Shown one piece after another: positions 1-10,499 of a stretch of 64,000 nucleotides of DNA. Every line of letters starts with the position of its first letter. Within the stretch, counting starts at the first letter, position 1. The position numbers and the translations under genes were made by a program. Origin of the DNA: an uncultured Bacteroidia bacterium (lineage in GTDB: Bacteria > Bacteroidota > Bacteroidia > J057 > JADKCL01); NCBI GenBank assembly GCA_964352215.1, contig CAYGRE010000002.1, positions 22,353-86,352 on the forward strand. The letters run 5' to 3'. The notes under the pieces were generated by a model. The model saw only the letters and a program-made list of their open reading frames with translations. It was not told where the DNA came from and ran no database searches.

Positions 1-3000
1 TTTGCGCAGCTTGCAGTCTGTGGGGTAGACAGCCATGTTGTCTTGAACGTACTGCCTGCGACTTACACCGAACGTGTCTTCGTCAACAATATTCCGGGTG
101 CTGCTGATACCGCCACCGTTACCCTGGACGGAGCCGACACCAGCCTGGTGACCGTAACCAATAACAACCTCGCTACCTTCCAATTCGACAATGGTAGCTG
201 GGTCACGGTTAAAAATATCAATATTCAGAATACCGCAGCCTCCAATGGTTACGGTGTTATGTTCCGCAACCAATCCGACAACAACACCATCGACAGTTGC
301 CGGATTGAAGTAGCTACCGGAACTACATCCTTGCTTTCCCCTGTTTGTTGGTCTTCCAGTGAAACTTCACCTGCCGGCTCAGGCACGAATGGGGAATTCA
401 ATACTGTATCCAATAACCACCTTGTCAACGGTTACTACGGCGTACGTGTGCAAGGTGATCTTAACAATCACCAAGACGGTAACCGCGTGATTGGAAACAC
501 CTTTGAGGATACCTATTACTACTGCGTCTATGCACAGTACCAGGACTCGCTGGACATTATGAACAATGTGTGTGACTGGACGGGATCCAATATCAATGCC
601 GATGGTATGTATATCCTGGACTCTGAAGGCATCTGGGCTATGGGCAACGACATCAGCGATGCACCTGACTACGGTCTTTACATCTCTGATGGCAACTTTG
701 ACCTTCCTCCAACGCGTCGGATTCGGGTAATCAACAACTTCATCTCGACTTCTACCGACCGTGCCTTGTATTTTGATGATGTCAACAATGTTGATGTCTA
801 CCACAATACCATGTACGGTACCTATGGCTTCTACTACGATGATGTGGACAGTATGAATGTCTACAACAATATCATTGTTGGTAGCACCCTATATGCAGTC
901 TACTCATTGGACGCTTTCACGGTTCAGCCTTCTGTAAGAATCAACTATAACGATTACTGGGGTATCAGTACTACGGCCCTGGCTTACTACGGTGGCACTA
1001 CTTGGCCCAACCTGGCTGCCTGGCAGGCAGCAGTTCCACCATGGAACCAGAATTCAGTTGAAGGCAATCCTGACTTTGCCAACGGCTTGGTCGACATGCA
1101 CGTTCTGGGTCCACTGGTCAATGACATCGGTGACAATACCCTGGGTGTAACCGTGGATATCGACGGAGATGCACGCCCACTGCCTCCTTCTATCAATCCT
1201 GACCTCGGTGCAGACGAATTCTTCCTGCCCCCATTGGACGCTGGTATTACGGCACTGGACGCACCGAACTCTCCTTTGACTCCCGGCCTTCAGAATGTTG
1301 AGGTCACCATCCGCAACTTTGGTACCAATACCCTGACTTCTGCCACGATTGACTGGGAAGTAAATGGTACTCCTCAGACTGGCTTTGCCTGGACTGGTAG
1401 CTTGCCGGTAGGTGCAAGCCAATCCAACGTCAACATTGGTCAGTACAACTTTGCACTGGGTACCACCGACCTGAAGTTCTGGACTACTGGTCCAAACGGC
1501 GGTGTAGACGGTGACAACAGCAACGACACCCTCTTTGCCAGCGGCTGTACCGGACTGAGCGGAACCTATACGGTAGGATCAGGCCAGACCTATCCAGACC
1601 TAAGAGCTGCGTTTGACGATATCGAGCAGTGTGGTGTAGCTGCCGCGGTCATCCTGGATGTTATTCCTGGTACCTATACCGGATCGCTGAATCTCGTTCC
1701 CTTCCCCGGTGCCAGTTCAGTGAATACTGTTACGGTTGACGGTGGAGATACCAGCCTGGTATTGCTCACCCACAGTGGAATTGCTGAACCCACCATCCAC
1801 ATGCAAGATGTTGACTGGGTCACCTTTAAGAACATGACCATTGAGAACCTGGCCACCAGCAATGCTTATGCGGTTCAGTTCTCAGACAGTGCCGACCACA
1901 ACACGATTGACAGTTGTCATGTCCGGGTTGCAGCCAGCACCTCTTCCCTCTTCTCACCCATTTGCTGGTCGAATACCAGGACTTCTCCTGCTGCCAGCGG
2001 TTGGAATGGTAACTACAACACCATTTCGAACAACGTGATCGAGAATGGTTACTACGGTATCCGGGTGCAGGGTGATCTGAACAACCACCAGAGCCTGAAC
2101 CGAATTGTGAACAATGAATTCGTCACTCCTTATTTGTACAATATCTATGCACAATACCAGGATTCTCTCGAAATCATTGGCAACAAAGCAGCTACCACAA
2201 CCAATGTAGGTGGTGATGGCTTCTACCTCCTGGACTTAGAGAACTACATCATCGAGGAAAACGACCTCAGCGATATGGCCGACTGGGCAATGTACATTGC
2301 CGATGGTAATTTTGACTTAACTCCTACCCGTCGTGGTCGAATTGTAAACAATTTCATTTCTTCTACTTCGGATTATGGCCTCTACATTGATGATGTCAAT
2401 GAAACTGACATCTTCCACAACACTTGCTATGGTACCAGAGGTATCTACACCAATGATATCATTGACGTGGACATCCGGAACAATATATTTGTTGGAACTC
2501 AGTACGCATTCTATTCTCTGGACAACTTCGGTACCCTGAGCAACTGCGTCATTGACTACAACGTGTATTTCAAAGACGGTGCGCCCAACCTGGCTTACGG
2601 TGGTGGGGTCAACTATGTGGACCTCCCAAGCTGGCAAGGTGCTTTCGCAGCTTACAACGGTGCTTCTGTTGAAGGAGATCCCGTCTTTGTCAATGGTTCT
2701 ACTGACATGCACGCCATCGGTTCTGCTGCCAATGATGCCGGAGACAACTCGGTTGGTGTTACCATCGACATCGATGGCGATGCCCGTCCACAGTCTCCAT
2801 CAACAACGGTTGATATCGGAGCTGACGAATACACTCCATTGCTGAATGATGCAACCCTGGTTGAATTGATTGAGCCTAACTCAAGCCAGTGTGGCGACAG
2901 TTCCACTGCAGTATCTGTTTCCATCACCAACCTGGGACAGGCTCCTATGACCAACCTGCCTATCACAGTCAATGTGAGCGGAGACATTACCCAGACTTTC

Positions 3001-5022
3001 AATGTCACTTATACCGACACCCTGCAGTTCCTTGAGACTGACACCGTAGTCGTTGGCTTCCTGAATACTTATGCCGGTTATCAGACTGTCAATTTTGATG
3101 GTTATGTTGCCCTGGCCAGTGATCAGAATACCACCAATGATACGGTCAACCCACTGGGTAGTTCACTCTTCATCCCAATAGTTCCGGTTGGTTTTGCAAA
3201 CAGCGGCTGTGGTTCTGATACCTCAGTCCTGGAAGGTTTAGCCTGGCCCAATGCCAGCTATGCCTGGTATGCCAATGCGACCGATACGACTCCAATCGCG
3301 ATCGGTCCTACCTTTACCATTCCTTCCCTTGCGGCTCAGTCGACCTACTTCCTCGGATATGAATCCGGTGCTTCTGACTCAATGACCACTGGCTTCCCCG
3401 GTGGCAATGCTCAAGCTGGTAATATGTTTGACATGACCGCCAACCAGACGACCACCATCAACGGGATCGCTGGCAACTTCAACCCAGGCACCAACACGGT
3501 TGATGTCTGGTACCGGACTGATTCCTATACCAATAGCCCTAACAGTCCTACTGGTTGGATTCAGGTGGTATCTGGCGCAACGGTTGTAAGTCCTGGTAAT
3601 GGTCAGGGAACCCTGATCCCCGGTACTTACAACATCACCATACCTGCGGGTGCCACTTATGGCTTCTTCGTCATCTGTCAAACTGGTGGAGTAGCCTATA
3701 CCAATGGTGTTACTGTTGGTAACCTTTGGGCAACCGATGGTCGTTTGACCATATTCGAAGGTATTGGCCGCGGTGTTCCCGCATTTACCGGTGGCACCTT
3801 CTCACCACGTAACTTCAACGGTACTTTCTACTATGGAAGTGATCCTTGTAGCAACCTGCGTACACCTGTTACCGGTTTCTCTGGAACCGCTGCATCCGTG
3901 AACCTTGGCCCTGACGTGAGCACTTGTGATACCCTCGCATTGCTGGATGCTGGCAATCCTGCTGGAACTTCCAGCTATTCATGGAGCACCAGTGATACCA
4001 CTCAGACCACAGTTGCCCTGGCAACCGGTTCCTACAATGTCACCATTGTGGATACAGTTGGCTGTTCTGCTTCAGATACGGTCAATGTGACACTGAATCC
4101 TCCTCCAACCATTCCGCTGGGAGCCGATACCACCATCTGCTTGGGTGACTCCATTACCCTGGATGCTGGAAACCCCGGTGGTCAGTACCTCTGGTCCAAT
4201 TCCGCAACTACGCAGACCATCACCGTTCCCGGTGGTACCTTCTCTGTAACGGTTGTTGATTCCAATACCTGCCAGAACAGTACAACCATTATTGTCAGCG
4301 AATCCGGTGTTGCTATTGATCTTGGTGCCGATACCACGCTTTGTAATGGTGCTTCTCTGAATCTGGATGCAGGTGCAGGTGGCGTCAGCTATACATGGTT
4401 GCCTAATGGTGATACTACCCAGGCCATCAATGTAAACACTGCCAATACGTACAGCGTCTCCGCGACTGACTCCATTGGTTGTGTTACCACGGACGATATC
4501 ATCGTCAATACCGATGTCACCCCAACCGCAGCCTTTACCTTCCTCGTGACTGGTGCTGGTCTCACTTATGACTTCACTTACACTGGAACCGCAGGTACCA
4601 ACTACGTTTGGGACTTCGGTGACGGTAGCCCGGCCGGCTCTGGTGCCACCCCATCTCATACCTATGCGATGGACGGCAACTATACCGTTTGCCTGACTGC
4701 GGACAATGATTGTGGTCTGGACTCTATCTGCCAGGTACTGAGTGTTGTTGCCATCGACCTCGGATTGCAAGCTGAAACTGTCAGCCTCTTCCCGAATCCG
4801 AACAATGGTCACTTCACCTTGTCCTTCACCAGCTATGACATCACCGACGTTGACGTCGAGATCTTTAGCATGAGAGGCAAGTCTGTCTGGAGAAAAGGCT
4901 ATGAATCTGTCAATGGAACCGTGGAAGAAGATGTTACCCTGAACGATGTCGCCAGCGGCATCTACTTCGTGCGTTTCTCTTCAGCCAATCAGGTTATCAC
5001 ACGCAAGCTAACTGTAGAGTAA
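1..5022 (+). CDS. Large secreted cell-surface protein, truncated at its 5' end by the window edge. It has two tandem parallel beta-helix modules, CARDB/Ig-like domains, a PKD domain and a T9SS type-A C-terminal sorting domain.
   Basis: Frame 1 is open from position 1, and the TTG at 43 is only an ORF-finder start. The ~500-aa module with NNTIDSC(R/H)(I/V)(E/R)VA ... NGYYG(V/I)RVQGDLNNHQ occurs twice (pectate-lyase-like beta-helix). The PKD signature is YVWDFGDGS ... HTY ... GNYTVCLTA. The C-terminus LFPNPNNGHFTLSF ... GIYFVRF ... KLTVE is typical of a Por secretion tail. No N-terminal signal peptide is visible because the N-terminus lies outside the window. Confidence 0.8.
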   Translation, partial: FAQLAVCGVDSHVVLNVLPATYTERVFVNNIPGAADTATVTLDGADTSLVTVTNNNLATFQFDNGSWVTVKNINIQNTAASNGYGVMFRNQSDNNTIDSCRIEVATGTTSLLSPVCWSSSETSPAGSGTNGEFNTVSNNHLVNGYYGVRVQGDLNNHQDGNRVIGNTFEDTYYYCVYAQYQDSLDIMNNVCDWTGSNINADGMYILDSEGIWAMGNDISDAPDYGLYISDGNFDLPPTRRIRVINNFISTSTDRALYFDDVNNVDVYHNTMYGTYGFYYDDVDSMNVYNNIIVGSTLYAVYSLDAFTVQPSVRINYNDYWGISTTALAYYGGTTWPNLAAWQAAVPPWNQNSVEGNPDFANGLVDMHVLGPLVNDIGDNTLGVTVDIDGDARPLPPSINPDLGADEFFLPPLDAGITALDAPNSPLTPGLQNVEVTIRNFGTNTLTSATIDWEVNGTPQTGFAWTGSLPVGASQSNVNIGQYNFALGTTDLKFWTTGPNGGVDGDNSNDTLFASGCTGLSGTYTVGSGQTYPDLRAAFDDIEQCGVAAAVILDVIPGTYTGSLNLVPFPGASSVNTVTVDGGDTSLVLLTHSGIAEPTIHMQDVDWVTFKNMTIENLATSNAYAVQFSDSADHNTIDSCHVRVAASTSSLFSPICWSNTRTSPAASGWNGNYNTISNNVIENGYYGIRVQGDLNNHQSLNRIVNNEFVTPYLYNIYAQYQDSLEIIGNKAATTTNVGGDGFYLLDLENYIIEENDLSDMADWAMYIADGNFDLTPTRRGRIVNNFISSTSDYGLYIDDVNETDIFHNTCYGTRGIYTNDIIDVDIRNNIFVGTQYAFYSLDNFGTLSNCVIDYNVYFKDGAPNLAYGGGVNYVDLPSWQGAFAAYNGASVEGDPVFVNGSTDMHAIGSAANDAGDNSVGVTIDIDGDARPQSPSTTVDIGADEYTPLLNDATLVELIEPNSSQCGDSSTAVSVSITNLGQAPMTNLPITVNVSGDITQTFNVTYTDTLQFLETDTVVVGFLNTYAGYQTVNFDGYVALASDQNTTNDTVNPLGSSLFIPIVPVGFANSGCGSDTSVLEGLAWPNASYAWYANATDTTPIAIGPTFTIPSLAAQSTYFLGYESGASDSMTTGFPGGNAQAGNMFDMTANQTTTINGIAGNFNPGTNTVDVWYRTDSYTNSPNSPTGWIQVVSGATVVSPGNGQGTLIPGTYNITIPAGATYGFFVICQTGGVAYTNGVTVGNLWATDGRLTIFEGIGRGVPAFTGGTFSPRNFNGTFYYGSDPCSNLRTPVTGFSGTAASVNLGPDVSTCDTLALLDAGNPAGTSSYSWSTSDTTQTTVALATGSYNVTIVDTVGCSASDTVNVTLNPPPTIPLGADTTICLGDSITLDAGNPGGQYLWSNSATTQTITVPGGTFSVTVVDSNTCQNSTTIIVSESGVAIDLGADTTLCNGASLNLDAGAGGVSYTWLPNGDTTQAINVNTANTYSVSATDSIGCVTTDDIIVNTDVTPTAAFTFLVTGAGLTYDFTYTGTAGTNYVWDFGDGSPAGSGATPSHTYAMDGNYTVCLTADNDCGLDSICQVLSVVAIDLGLQAETVSLFPNPNNGHFTLSFTSYDITDVDVEIFSMRGKSVWRKGYESVNGTVEEDVTLNDVASGIYFVRFSSANQVITRKLTVE

Positions 5023-5044
5023 AATCTACGTCATTCATAAAATC

Positions 5045-5078
5045 GGTCGTTGCCTTGTGCAGCGACCGGTTTTTTTTT
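5045..5078 (+). terminator. Rho-independent terminator for the upstream T9SS cargo gene.
   Basis: A 9-bp stem ggtcgttgc/gcagcgacc with a 5-nt loop is followed by a run of 9 T, 23 bp after the stop codon at 5022. Confidence 0.7.
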
Positions 5079-5359
5079 GCCCTCGATCTCAACGCGCCTG
5101 CGACTTCAGAAAATATCTATGTCCCGACTTTCTCCATGGATCAGGACGCTCAGGTTTTGCAAATTATCCGGCAACATACCAGCAAGAATGTGATCGAAGT
5201 GGAGGCCAATGGGGTATGGGAGATGGGGGGAAGCGTACGTTGCCTGACCTGGCAACTGACCGGCGCGAATGCCGAAAAAATTATTCTCGGTGCAAGAAAC
5301 GATTAGACCTTTGAATTCGTTGTCTTGGTGATTAATTTAACCGTACCAAATAAAAGACA

Positions 5360-6727
5360 ATGAAATCGCCCACTATTCTAATCATAGACGACGAGGAAGC
5401 CATCCGCAGCACCTTGAAAGACATCCTCGAATACGAGGACTACAAGATCGAAACTGCCGTAGATGGTGAAGACGGGTTAAAAAAGATCATGGCCAAGGAT
5501 TATGACGTCATTCTTTGTGATGTCAAGATGCCTAAGAAAGACGGCCTGGAGGTTTTGGATGAAGCCCTCGCCTTCAATCCGGAGCTGCAATTCATCATGA
5601 TCTCCGGTCACTCGAATATTGATACCGCGGTCGAAGCCACTAAAAAAGGTGCCTACGACTTTATCCAGAAGCCACCAGACCTGAACCGTTTGCTGGTCTC
5701 CATCCGGAACGCTCAGGACAAGACCGAGTTGGTGACGGAGACCCGGATTCTGAAGCGGAAGGTTACCAAGGTCCGTGAGATCACAGGTGACTCTCCCATC
5801 ATTTCCAAAATCAAGGAGACGATTGAACGGGTTGCGCCTACAGATGCACGGGTACTGATCACCGGTTCAAATGGTACCGGTAAAGAATTGGTTGCCCGCT
5901 GGATCCATGAAAAGTCCAGCCGCAACGGTGGCAAGCTGGTGGAAGTCAACTGTGCCGCCATTCCGAGTGAGTTGATCGAATCTGAACTTTTCGGCCATGA
6001 AAAAGGAGCTTTTACCGGTGCCCTGAAGCAGCGCATCGGAAAGTTCGAGCAGGCCAATGGCGGTACGCTCTTCCTGGACGAGATCGGTGACATGAGCCTG
6101 GAGGCCCAGGCCAAAGTGCTGCGGGCCTTGCAGGAGCATAAGATCACCAGGGTAGGTGGAGACAAAGACATCGGAGTCGATGTACGGATCGTTGCCGCAA
6201 CCAACAAAGACCTCCTCTCAGAGATTGAAAACAATAGCTTCCGAGAAGACCTTTACCACCGCCTCAGTGTCATCCTCATCCATGTCCCTTCTCTCAAGGA
6301 ACGCCGGGAAGACATTCCATTGCTGGTAGATCAGTTCCTGAAGGAAATCTGCAATGAATACAAGGTGCCGCTGGTGACCATTACCAAGAAGGCCATGGAG
6401 GAATTGATCAAGCTGGATTGGCGGGGCAATGTCCGGGAACTTCACAATGTGATCGAACGCCTGGTCATTCTGAGCGATGGGGAGATTACCGAAAACGAGG
6501 TACACTCCTTCGCCATCCCACGGAAAACGAAGAAAGTAGAAGAGAGCTTCTTTGACCGCTTCGACAAGTTCCAGGAGTTCAAGGATTTTGCTGAAAAGGA
6601 GTTTATCGACCGTAAGCTCAAGAAGAACGGGTGGAATATCACCAAGACAGCCGAAGAGATTGATATTCAACGCAGTCACCTTTACAACAAGATTGACAAG
6701 TACGGACTTCAGCGGGAGAAAAATTGA
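5360..6727 (+). CDS. Sigma-54-dependent two-component response regulator (NtrC/AtoC family) with receiver, AAA+ sigma-54 activator and Fis-type HTH domains.
   Basis: The receiver domain has the phospho-acceptor Asp in ILCDVKMP. The sigma-54 activator domain has Walker A GSNGTGKELVARWIH, the GAFTGA loop (ESELFGHEKGAFTGA), the GGTLFLDEIGDM Walker B and RVIAATN sensor. The C-terminus carries an HTH. Confidence 0.85.
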   Translation: MKSPTILIIDDEEAIRSTLKDILEYEDYKIETAVDGEDGLKKIMAKDYDVILCDVKMPKKDGLEVLDEALAFNPELQFIMISGHSNIDTAVEATKKGAYDFIQKPPDLNRLLVSIRNAQDKTELVTETRILKRKVTKVREITGDSPIISKIKETIERVAPTDARVLITGSNGTGKELVARWIHEKSSRNGGKLVEVNCAAIPSELIESELFGHEKGAFTGALKQRIGKFEQANGGTLFLDEIGDMSLEAQAKVLRALQEHKITRVGGDKDIGVDVRIVAATNKDLLSEIENNSFREDLYHRLSVILIHVPSLKERREDIPLLVDQFLKEICNEYKVPLVTITKKAMEELIKLDWRGNVRELHNVIERLVILSDGEITENEVHSFAIPRKTKKVEESFFDRFDKFQEFKDFAEKEFIDRKLKKNGWNITKTAEEIDIQRSHLYNKIDKYGLQREKN

Positions 6728-6739
6728 GCCATTTAAGGG

Positions 6740-6771
6740 TTGGTGTAATGCCCGCCATTCACGTAGATTTG
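6740..6771 (+). promoter_or_regulatory. Candidate Bacteroidetes sigma-A-type promoter for lepA (-33 TTG, 21-nt spacer, -7 TAGATTTG).
   Basis: TTG lies at 6740-6742. TAGATTTG (6764-6771) matches the TAnnTTTG -7 consensus exactly, about 40 bp upstream of the lepA ATG. Confidence 0.35.
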
Positions 6772-6810
6772 CAAATTGGGTTTCAGTAATCGCGACCCGG
6801 TTATATCCTT

Positions 6811-8601
6811 ATGAAGAACATCCGTAATTTTTGCATCATCGCACACATCGACCACGGTAAAAGTACCTTGGCTGACCGGCTACTTGAAGCCACCGGGGCC
6901 ATTACTCAGCGTGAGATGATGAACCAGGTGCTCGACGACATGGATTTGGAGCGGGAAAAGGGCATTACGATCAAGAGCCACGCCATCCAAATGGATTATA
7001 TCTATGAAGGCGAGAAGTACACCCTCAACCTGATCGATACCCCTGGCCACGTGGACTTTTCCTACGAAGTTTCCCGGTCGATTGCTGCCTGTGAAGGGGC
7101 ACTTTTGATTGTGGATGCTGCCCAGGGCATTGAAGCCCAGACCATCTCCAACCTTTACCTGGCCATTGAGCATGACCTGGAGATCATCCCGGTGATCAAC
7201 AAGATTGACCTTCCTGGTGCCATGGTGCCAGAGGTTACGGATGAAATCGTGGACCTGATCGGTTGCGATGCCAGTGATGTCATCAAAGCCAGTGCCAAAG
7301 AAGGTATCGGAATTGAAGATATCCTTGAGAACATCATCCTCCGGGTGCCGCCTCCAACCGGCAATCCCGATGGCCCCCTCAAAGCGCTTGTTTTCGACTC
7401 TGTATTCAATTCCTACCGGGGTACGATCGTCTATTTCCGGATTTTCGATGGTATGTTGCGGAAGCGGGACAAGGTGAAGTTCATGGCACTCGGTTCCGAA
7501 TACGAAGCCGATGAGATCGGGGTATTGAAACTCAAGCCGGAAGCACGGGACGTGATTGAAACCGGCAGTGTGGGCTACCTCATCTCGGGAATCAAGAATG
7601 TCAGGGAAGTCAAGGTCGGGGATACTATCACCCATATTGACAATCCTGCTGAAATCGCTATTGACGGCTTTTTAGAGGTAAAACCGATGGTATTTGCCGG
7701 ACTCTACCCGGTAGACACCGACGAGTTTGAAGAACTGCGGTCCTCATTGCATAAGCTCCAGCTCAATGATGCTGCCCTGGTCTTCGAACCAGAGACTTCA
7801 GCCGCACTGGGCTTTGGGTTCCGTACCGGCTTCCTCGGGATGCTCCACATGGAAATCGTGCAGGAGCGCCTGGAACGGGAATTCAATATGACGGTCATCA
7901 CCACCGTACCCAACGTTGGTTTCAAGGCCTACCTGACCAATGGAGAAACTGTGAATGTACAGAATCCAAGTGATTTCCCCGATCCGGCCCGGATGTCTTA
8001 TATGGAAGAGCCGTTTATCAGGGCGCAGATCATCACCCGCTCCGACTTCATCGGTTCGGTTATGAATCTGTGCATGGACAAGCGGGGCTTGTTTGTCAAC
8101 CAGACCTACCTGACCACTGACCGGGTGGAGTTGGTCTTCGAAATGCCGCTTACGGAAGTGGTATTTGACTTTTTTGACCGTTTGAAAACCATTTCTAAGG
8201 GTTACGCTTCCTTCGACTACGAGTTGATCGGATTGCGGGAATCCAAAATGGTGAAACTCGATATATTGGTGAATGGCGAACAGGTCGACGCCCTGAGTGC
8301 GATCATTCACCGGGACCGTGCCTTTGACTGGGGCAAAAAGCTCTGCCTCAAGTTGAAGGAATTGATCCCGCGTCAGCAATTTATGATTGCGCTGCAAGCT
8401 GCGATCGGGGCGAAGATCATCGCCCGGGAAACCATCCGTGCCTTGCGGAAAGATGTTACTGCCAAATGTTATGGTGGTGATATCAGCCGGAAGCGGAAAT
8501 TGCTGGAAAAGCAGAAGAAGGGCAAGAAGCGCATGCGTCAGGTGGGATCGGTGGAGATTCCCCAAAGTGCCTTTATGGCAGTTCTGAGAATCGATGATTG
8601 A
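6811..8601 (+). CDS. lepA: Translation elongation factor 4 (LepA/EF4).
   Basis: The N-terminus [25 protein letters not shown] carries G1, followed by DTPGHVDF (G3) and NKIDL (G4). Length is 596 aa. The conserved C-terminus is ...[15 protein letters not shown]. Confidence 0.95.
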   Translation: MKNIRNFCIIAHIDHGKSTLADRLLEATGAITQREMMNQVLDDMDLEREKGITIKSHAIQMDYIYEGEKYTLNLIDTPGHVDFSYEVSRSIAACEGALLIVDAAQGIEAQTISNLYLAIEHDLEIIPVINKIDLPGAMVPEVTDEIVDLIGCDASDVIKASAKEGIGIEDILENIILRVPPPTGNPDGPLKALVFDSVFNSYRGTIVYFRIFDGMLRKRDKVKFMALGSEYEADEIGVLKLKPEARDVIETGSVGYLISGIKNVREVKVGDTITHIDNPAEIAIDGFLEVKPMVFAGLYPVDTDEFEELRSSLHKLQLNDAALVFEPETSAALGFGFRTGFLGMLHMEIVQERLEREFNMTVITTVPNVGFKAYLTNGETVNVQNPSDFPDPARMSYMEEPFIRAQIITRSDFIGSVMNLCMDKRGLFVNQTYLTTDRVELVFEMPLTEVVFDFFDRLKTISKGYASFDYELIGLRESKMVKLDILVNGEQVDALSAIIHRDRAFDWGKKLCLKLKELIPRQQFMIALQAAIGAKIIARETIRALRKDVTAKCYGGDISRKRKLLEKQKKGKKRMRQVGSVEIPQSAFMAVLRIDD

Positions 8602-9518
8602 CATCCTTTAATTTTATGGTATTACTGGACGGCAAGAAGGTCTCCCAGGAGATCAAAGAAGAGGTTAAAGTCGAAACTGAGGCTATTTTGGCTCAAGGTT
8701 ACCGACCTCCCCACTTGGTGGCCATCATTGTCGGAGACAATCCAGCCAGCCAGACCTATGTGGCGCACAAGATCAAAGCCTGCGACTTTGTTGGTTTTGA
8801 ATCCACGGTGCTCACCTACCCGGCCGACCTCAAAGAATCTTTCCTGCTGCGCAAGCTCCATTCCCTGAACATTGATCCGGACATCGACGGCATTCTGGTC
8901 CAGCTACCCCTTCCCGAACAGATTTCTGAGCACAATGTGATTGAGACCATCTCTCCGGAAAAGGATGTGGATGGATTTCATCCGATTAACAATGGTCGGA
9001 TGGCCAAGAACCTTCCGGCTCCTCTTCCGGCGACTCCTGCCGGTATCCTGGAACTCCTGCACCGTTACGGGATCGATCCCAAGGGGAAACATGTGGTCGT
9101 GGTTGGCAACAGCAATATTGTCGGCTCTCCGGTCAGCACCTTGCTGGCACGGGAAAACGAAATGGGTCGGGCCACGGTGACGACCTGTCATATCCATACG
9201 CATGACCTGGCGTTTCATACGCGGCAGGCAGACATTCTGGTGGTGGCCACCGGGGTCGTCGGCCTGATCAAGGCAGACATGGTCAAGGAGGGTGTGGTGG
9301 TCGTAGATGTGGGGATCAACCGGGTGGATGATGATAGCCGAAAACGGGGTTACCGACTGGTGGGAGATGTAGACTTCGAAGGCGTTGCTGCCAAGGCCAG
9401 TCATATTACGCCCGTTCCGGGCGGGGTAGGTCCGATGACGATTGCCATGTTGCTGAAGAATACCTTGATGCTGTACCGGCAGCATTTGGGAATTACAGCC
9501 AACCAAACCACCAGATAA
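8598..9518 (+). CDS. folD: Bifunctional methylenetetrahydrofolate dehydrogenase / methenyltetrahydrofolate cyclohydrolase (FolD).
   Basis: [15 protein letters not shown] ... [24 protein letters not shown] ... [10 protein letters not shown] ... [14 protein letters not shown] are hallmark FolD motifs. It overlaps the lepA stop by 4 bp. The true start may be the internal Met at 8616 (MVLLDGKK). Confidence 0.9.
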   Translation: MTSFNFMVLLDGKKVSQEIKEEVKVETEAILAQGYRPPHLVAIIVGDNPASQTYVAHKIKACDFVGFESTVLTYPADLKESFLLRKLHSLNIDPDIDGILVQLPLPEQISEHNVIETISPEKDVDGFHPINNGRMAKNLPAPLPATPAGILELLHRYGIDPKGKHVVVVGNSNIVGSPVSTLLARENEMGRATVTTCHIHTHDLAFHTRQADILVVATGVVGLIKADMVKEGVVVVDVGINRVDDDSRKRGYRLVGDVDFEGVAAKASHITPVPGGVGPMTIAMLLKNTLMLYRQHLGITANQTTR

Positions 9519-10263
9519 AAAACACCACCCAGGTCAGGGCGACCCAGTTGGCCAGAATCACCCAATACGGTTCTATCCGATAGAGTGCACGTACCCTCCG
9601 CAGGTGGAGCAGGATGGGAATTCCGGCTGCTGCGAACAGAGCTATCATGGTCATGTAGAGTGTAAGCAGAATGGATGATAAGGGGATATAAAAATCGAGA
9701 CGAGAGAAGAAAAGCAGACCCTTTATACTCAGCACAGCATCCCAAAGCATGAACAAGGTAAAGGTAGATGCCAGAATAGTGGACAGAATCCAGCCGACTT
9801 TTTTCCTCAGCATCAGCAAAGGCACCGCTGCCAGCAAGATGAGGTAAGGCAAATACATATAGGCTTCAAACCAGCTAAGCTTGTACCCGGTGTCCCAAAG
9901 TATATTTATCAGATATGGAAAGTCAGCATTGCGATACCCCCGGAATAAAATCCAAAAGCTCAGGCCAAGCGCAGAAAGGGCTCCCAATTGACGGTTCTCT
10001 TCGACCTTGCCCAACCAACCTTTAAAGCGGCTCACCAACCTGGAATTCATCCAGTCCCAATTGATCTTCCTGGAAGCAATCGTTGCGACTTCATCCGTTA
10101 AGGCCGCGATCTCCCCCTCAGTCAATTGCCGGCTCTCCAATTCAGCCCGGGCGGCTACAATCGCTTCTGGAAGATAATCTTTCTCCTCCTGAATGATTTG
10201 CAGCAACTTCCGATCGCTGAATTGCTGGTACCGTTCTGAGAAGTTGTTGATGGGGTCTGCCAT
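9493..10263 (-). CDS. Hypothetical polytopic inner-membrane protein.
   Basis: It has about 6 predicted hydrophobic helices. The start was moved to the ATG at 10263 (MADPINNF...) because the ORF-finder extension translates a low-complexity tandem-repeat region. No family could be recognised from the sequence. Confidence 0.5.
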   Translation of the reverse strand: MADPINNFSERYQQFSDRKLLQIIQEEKDYLPEAIVAARAELESRQLTEGEIAALTDEVATIASRKINWDWMNSRLVSRFKGWLGKVEENRQLGALSALGLSFWILFRGYRNADFPYLINILWDTGYKLSWFEAYMYLPYLILLAAVPLLMLRKKVGWILSTILASTFTLFMLWDAVLSIKGLLFFSRLDFYIPLSSILLTLYMTMIALFAAAGIPILLHLRRVRALYRIEPYWVILANWVALTWVVFFIWWFGWL

Positions 10264-10280
10264 AGGATCACCAAATATAC

Positions 10281-10329
10281 TTTTCTTTCCCTTATCTCCT
10301 TTTCTTTCCCTTATCTCCTTTTCTTTCCA
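10281..10329. repeat. 19-bp tandem direct repeat (ttttctttcccttatctcc, 2.6 copies) in a divergent intergenic/promoter region.
   Basis: Two perfect copies at 10281-10299 and 10300-10318 are followed by a partial third. The repeat sits 18-66 nt upstream of the minus-strand start codon at 10263. Confidence 0.8.
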
Positions 10330-10435
10330 CTCCAATCCCGATCTCATTCATTCAATCTGGTTTCCTGGCAATCTCCCCCATTCTGTTTCTTTCCCGACCG
10401 TTGAGTCTTTGTGAATAACCACTCATCCCTTTGAG

Positions 10436-10466
10436 CTTGCAAAGCCCATGCATTAGGTTATTTTTG
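10436..10466 (+). promoter_or_regulatory. Candidate Bacteroidetes promoter for the giant adhesin gene (-33 TTG, 20-nt spacer, -7 TATTTTTG).
   Basis: TTG lies at 10436-10438. TATTTTTG (10459-10466) matches TAnnTTTG, 34 nt upstream of the ATG at 10500. This supports 10500 rather than the TTG at 10431 as the start. Confidence 0.35.
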
Positions 10467-10499
10467 TTAATAGAGGGAGCACGCCCGGACATTAACCCC

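Noticed and set aside
5055-5314. Two overlapping 83-85 aa ORFs between the first gene and the sigma-54 regulator.
   Set aside because: They begin inside the terminator hairpin/T-tract of the upstream gene, overlap each other in different frames and have no recognisable features. A shorter 56-aa ORF from MDQDAQV... cannot be excluded.
10431-10499. ORF-finder TTG start and N-terminal extension (MSLQSPCIRLF...) of the giant adhesin, plus similar extensions at 9493-10347, 17891, 19275, 23795, 26626, 29723, 43165, 50675 and 52194.
   Set aside because: The extensions lack signal peptides, overlap upstream genes or promoter-like elements, or translate tandem repeats. Internal ATG codons immediately preceding canonical signal peptides or lipoboxes were chosen instead.
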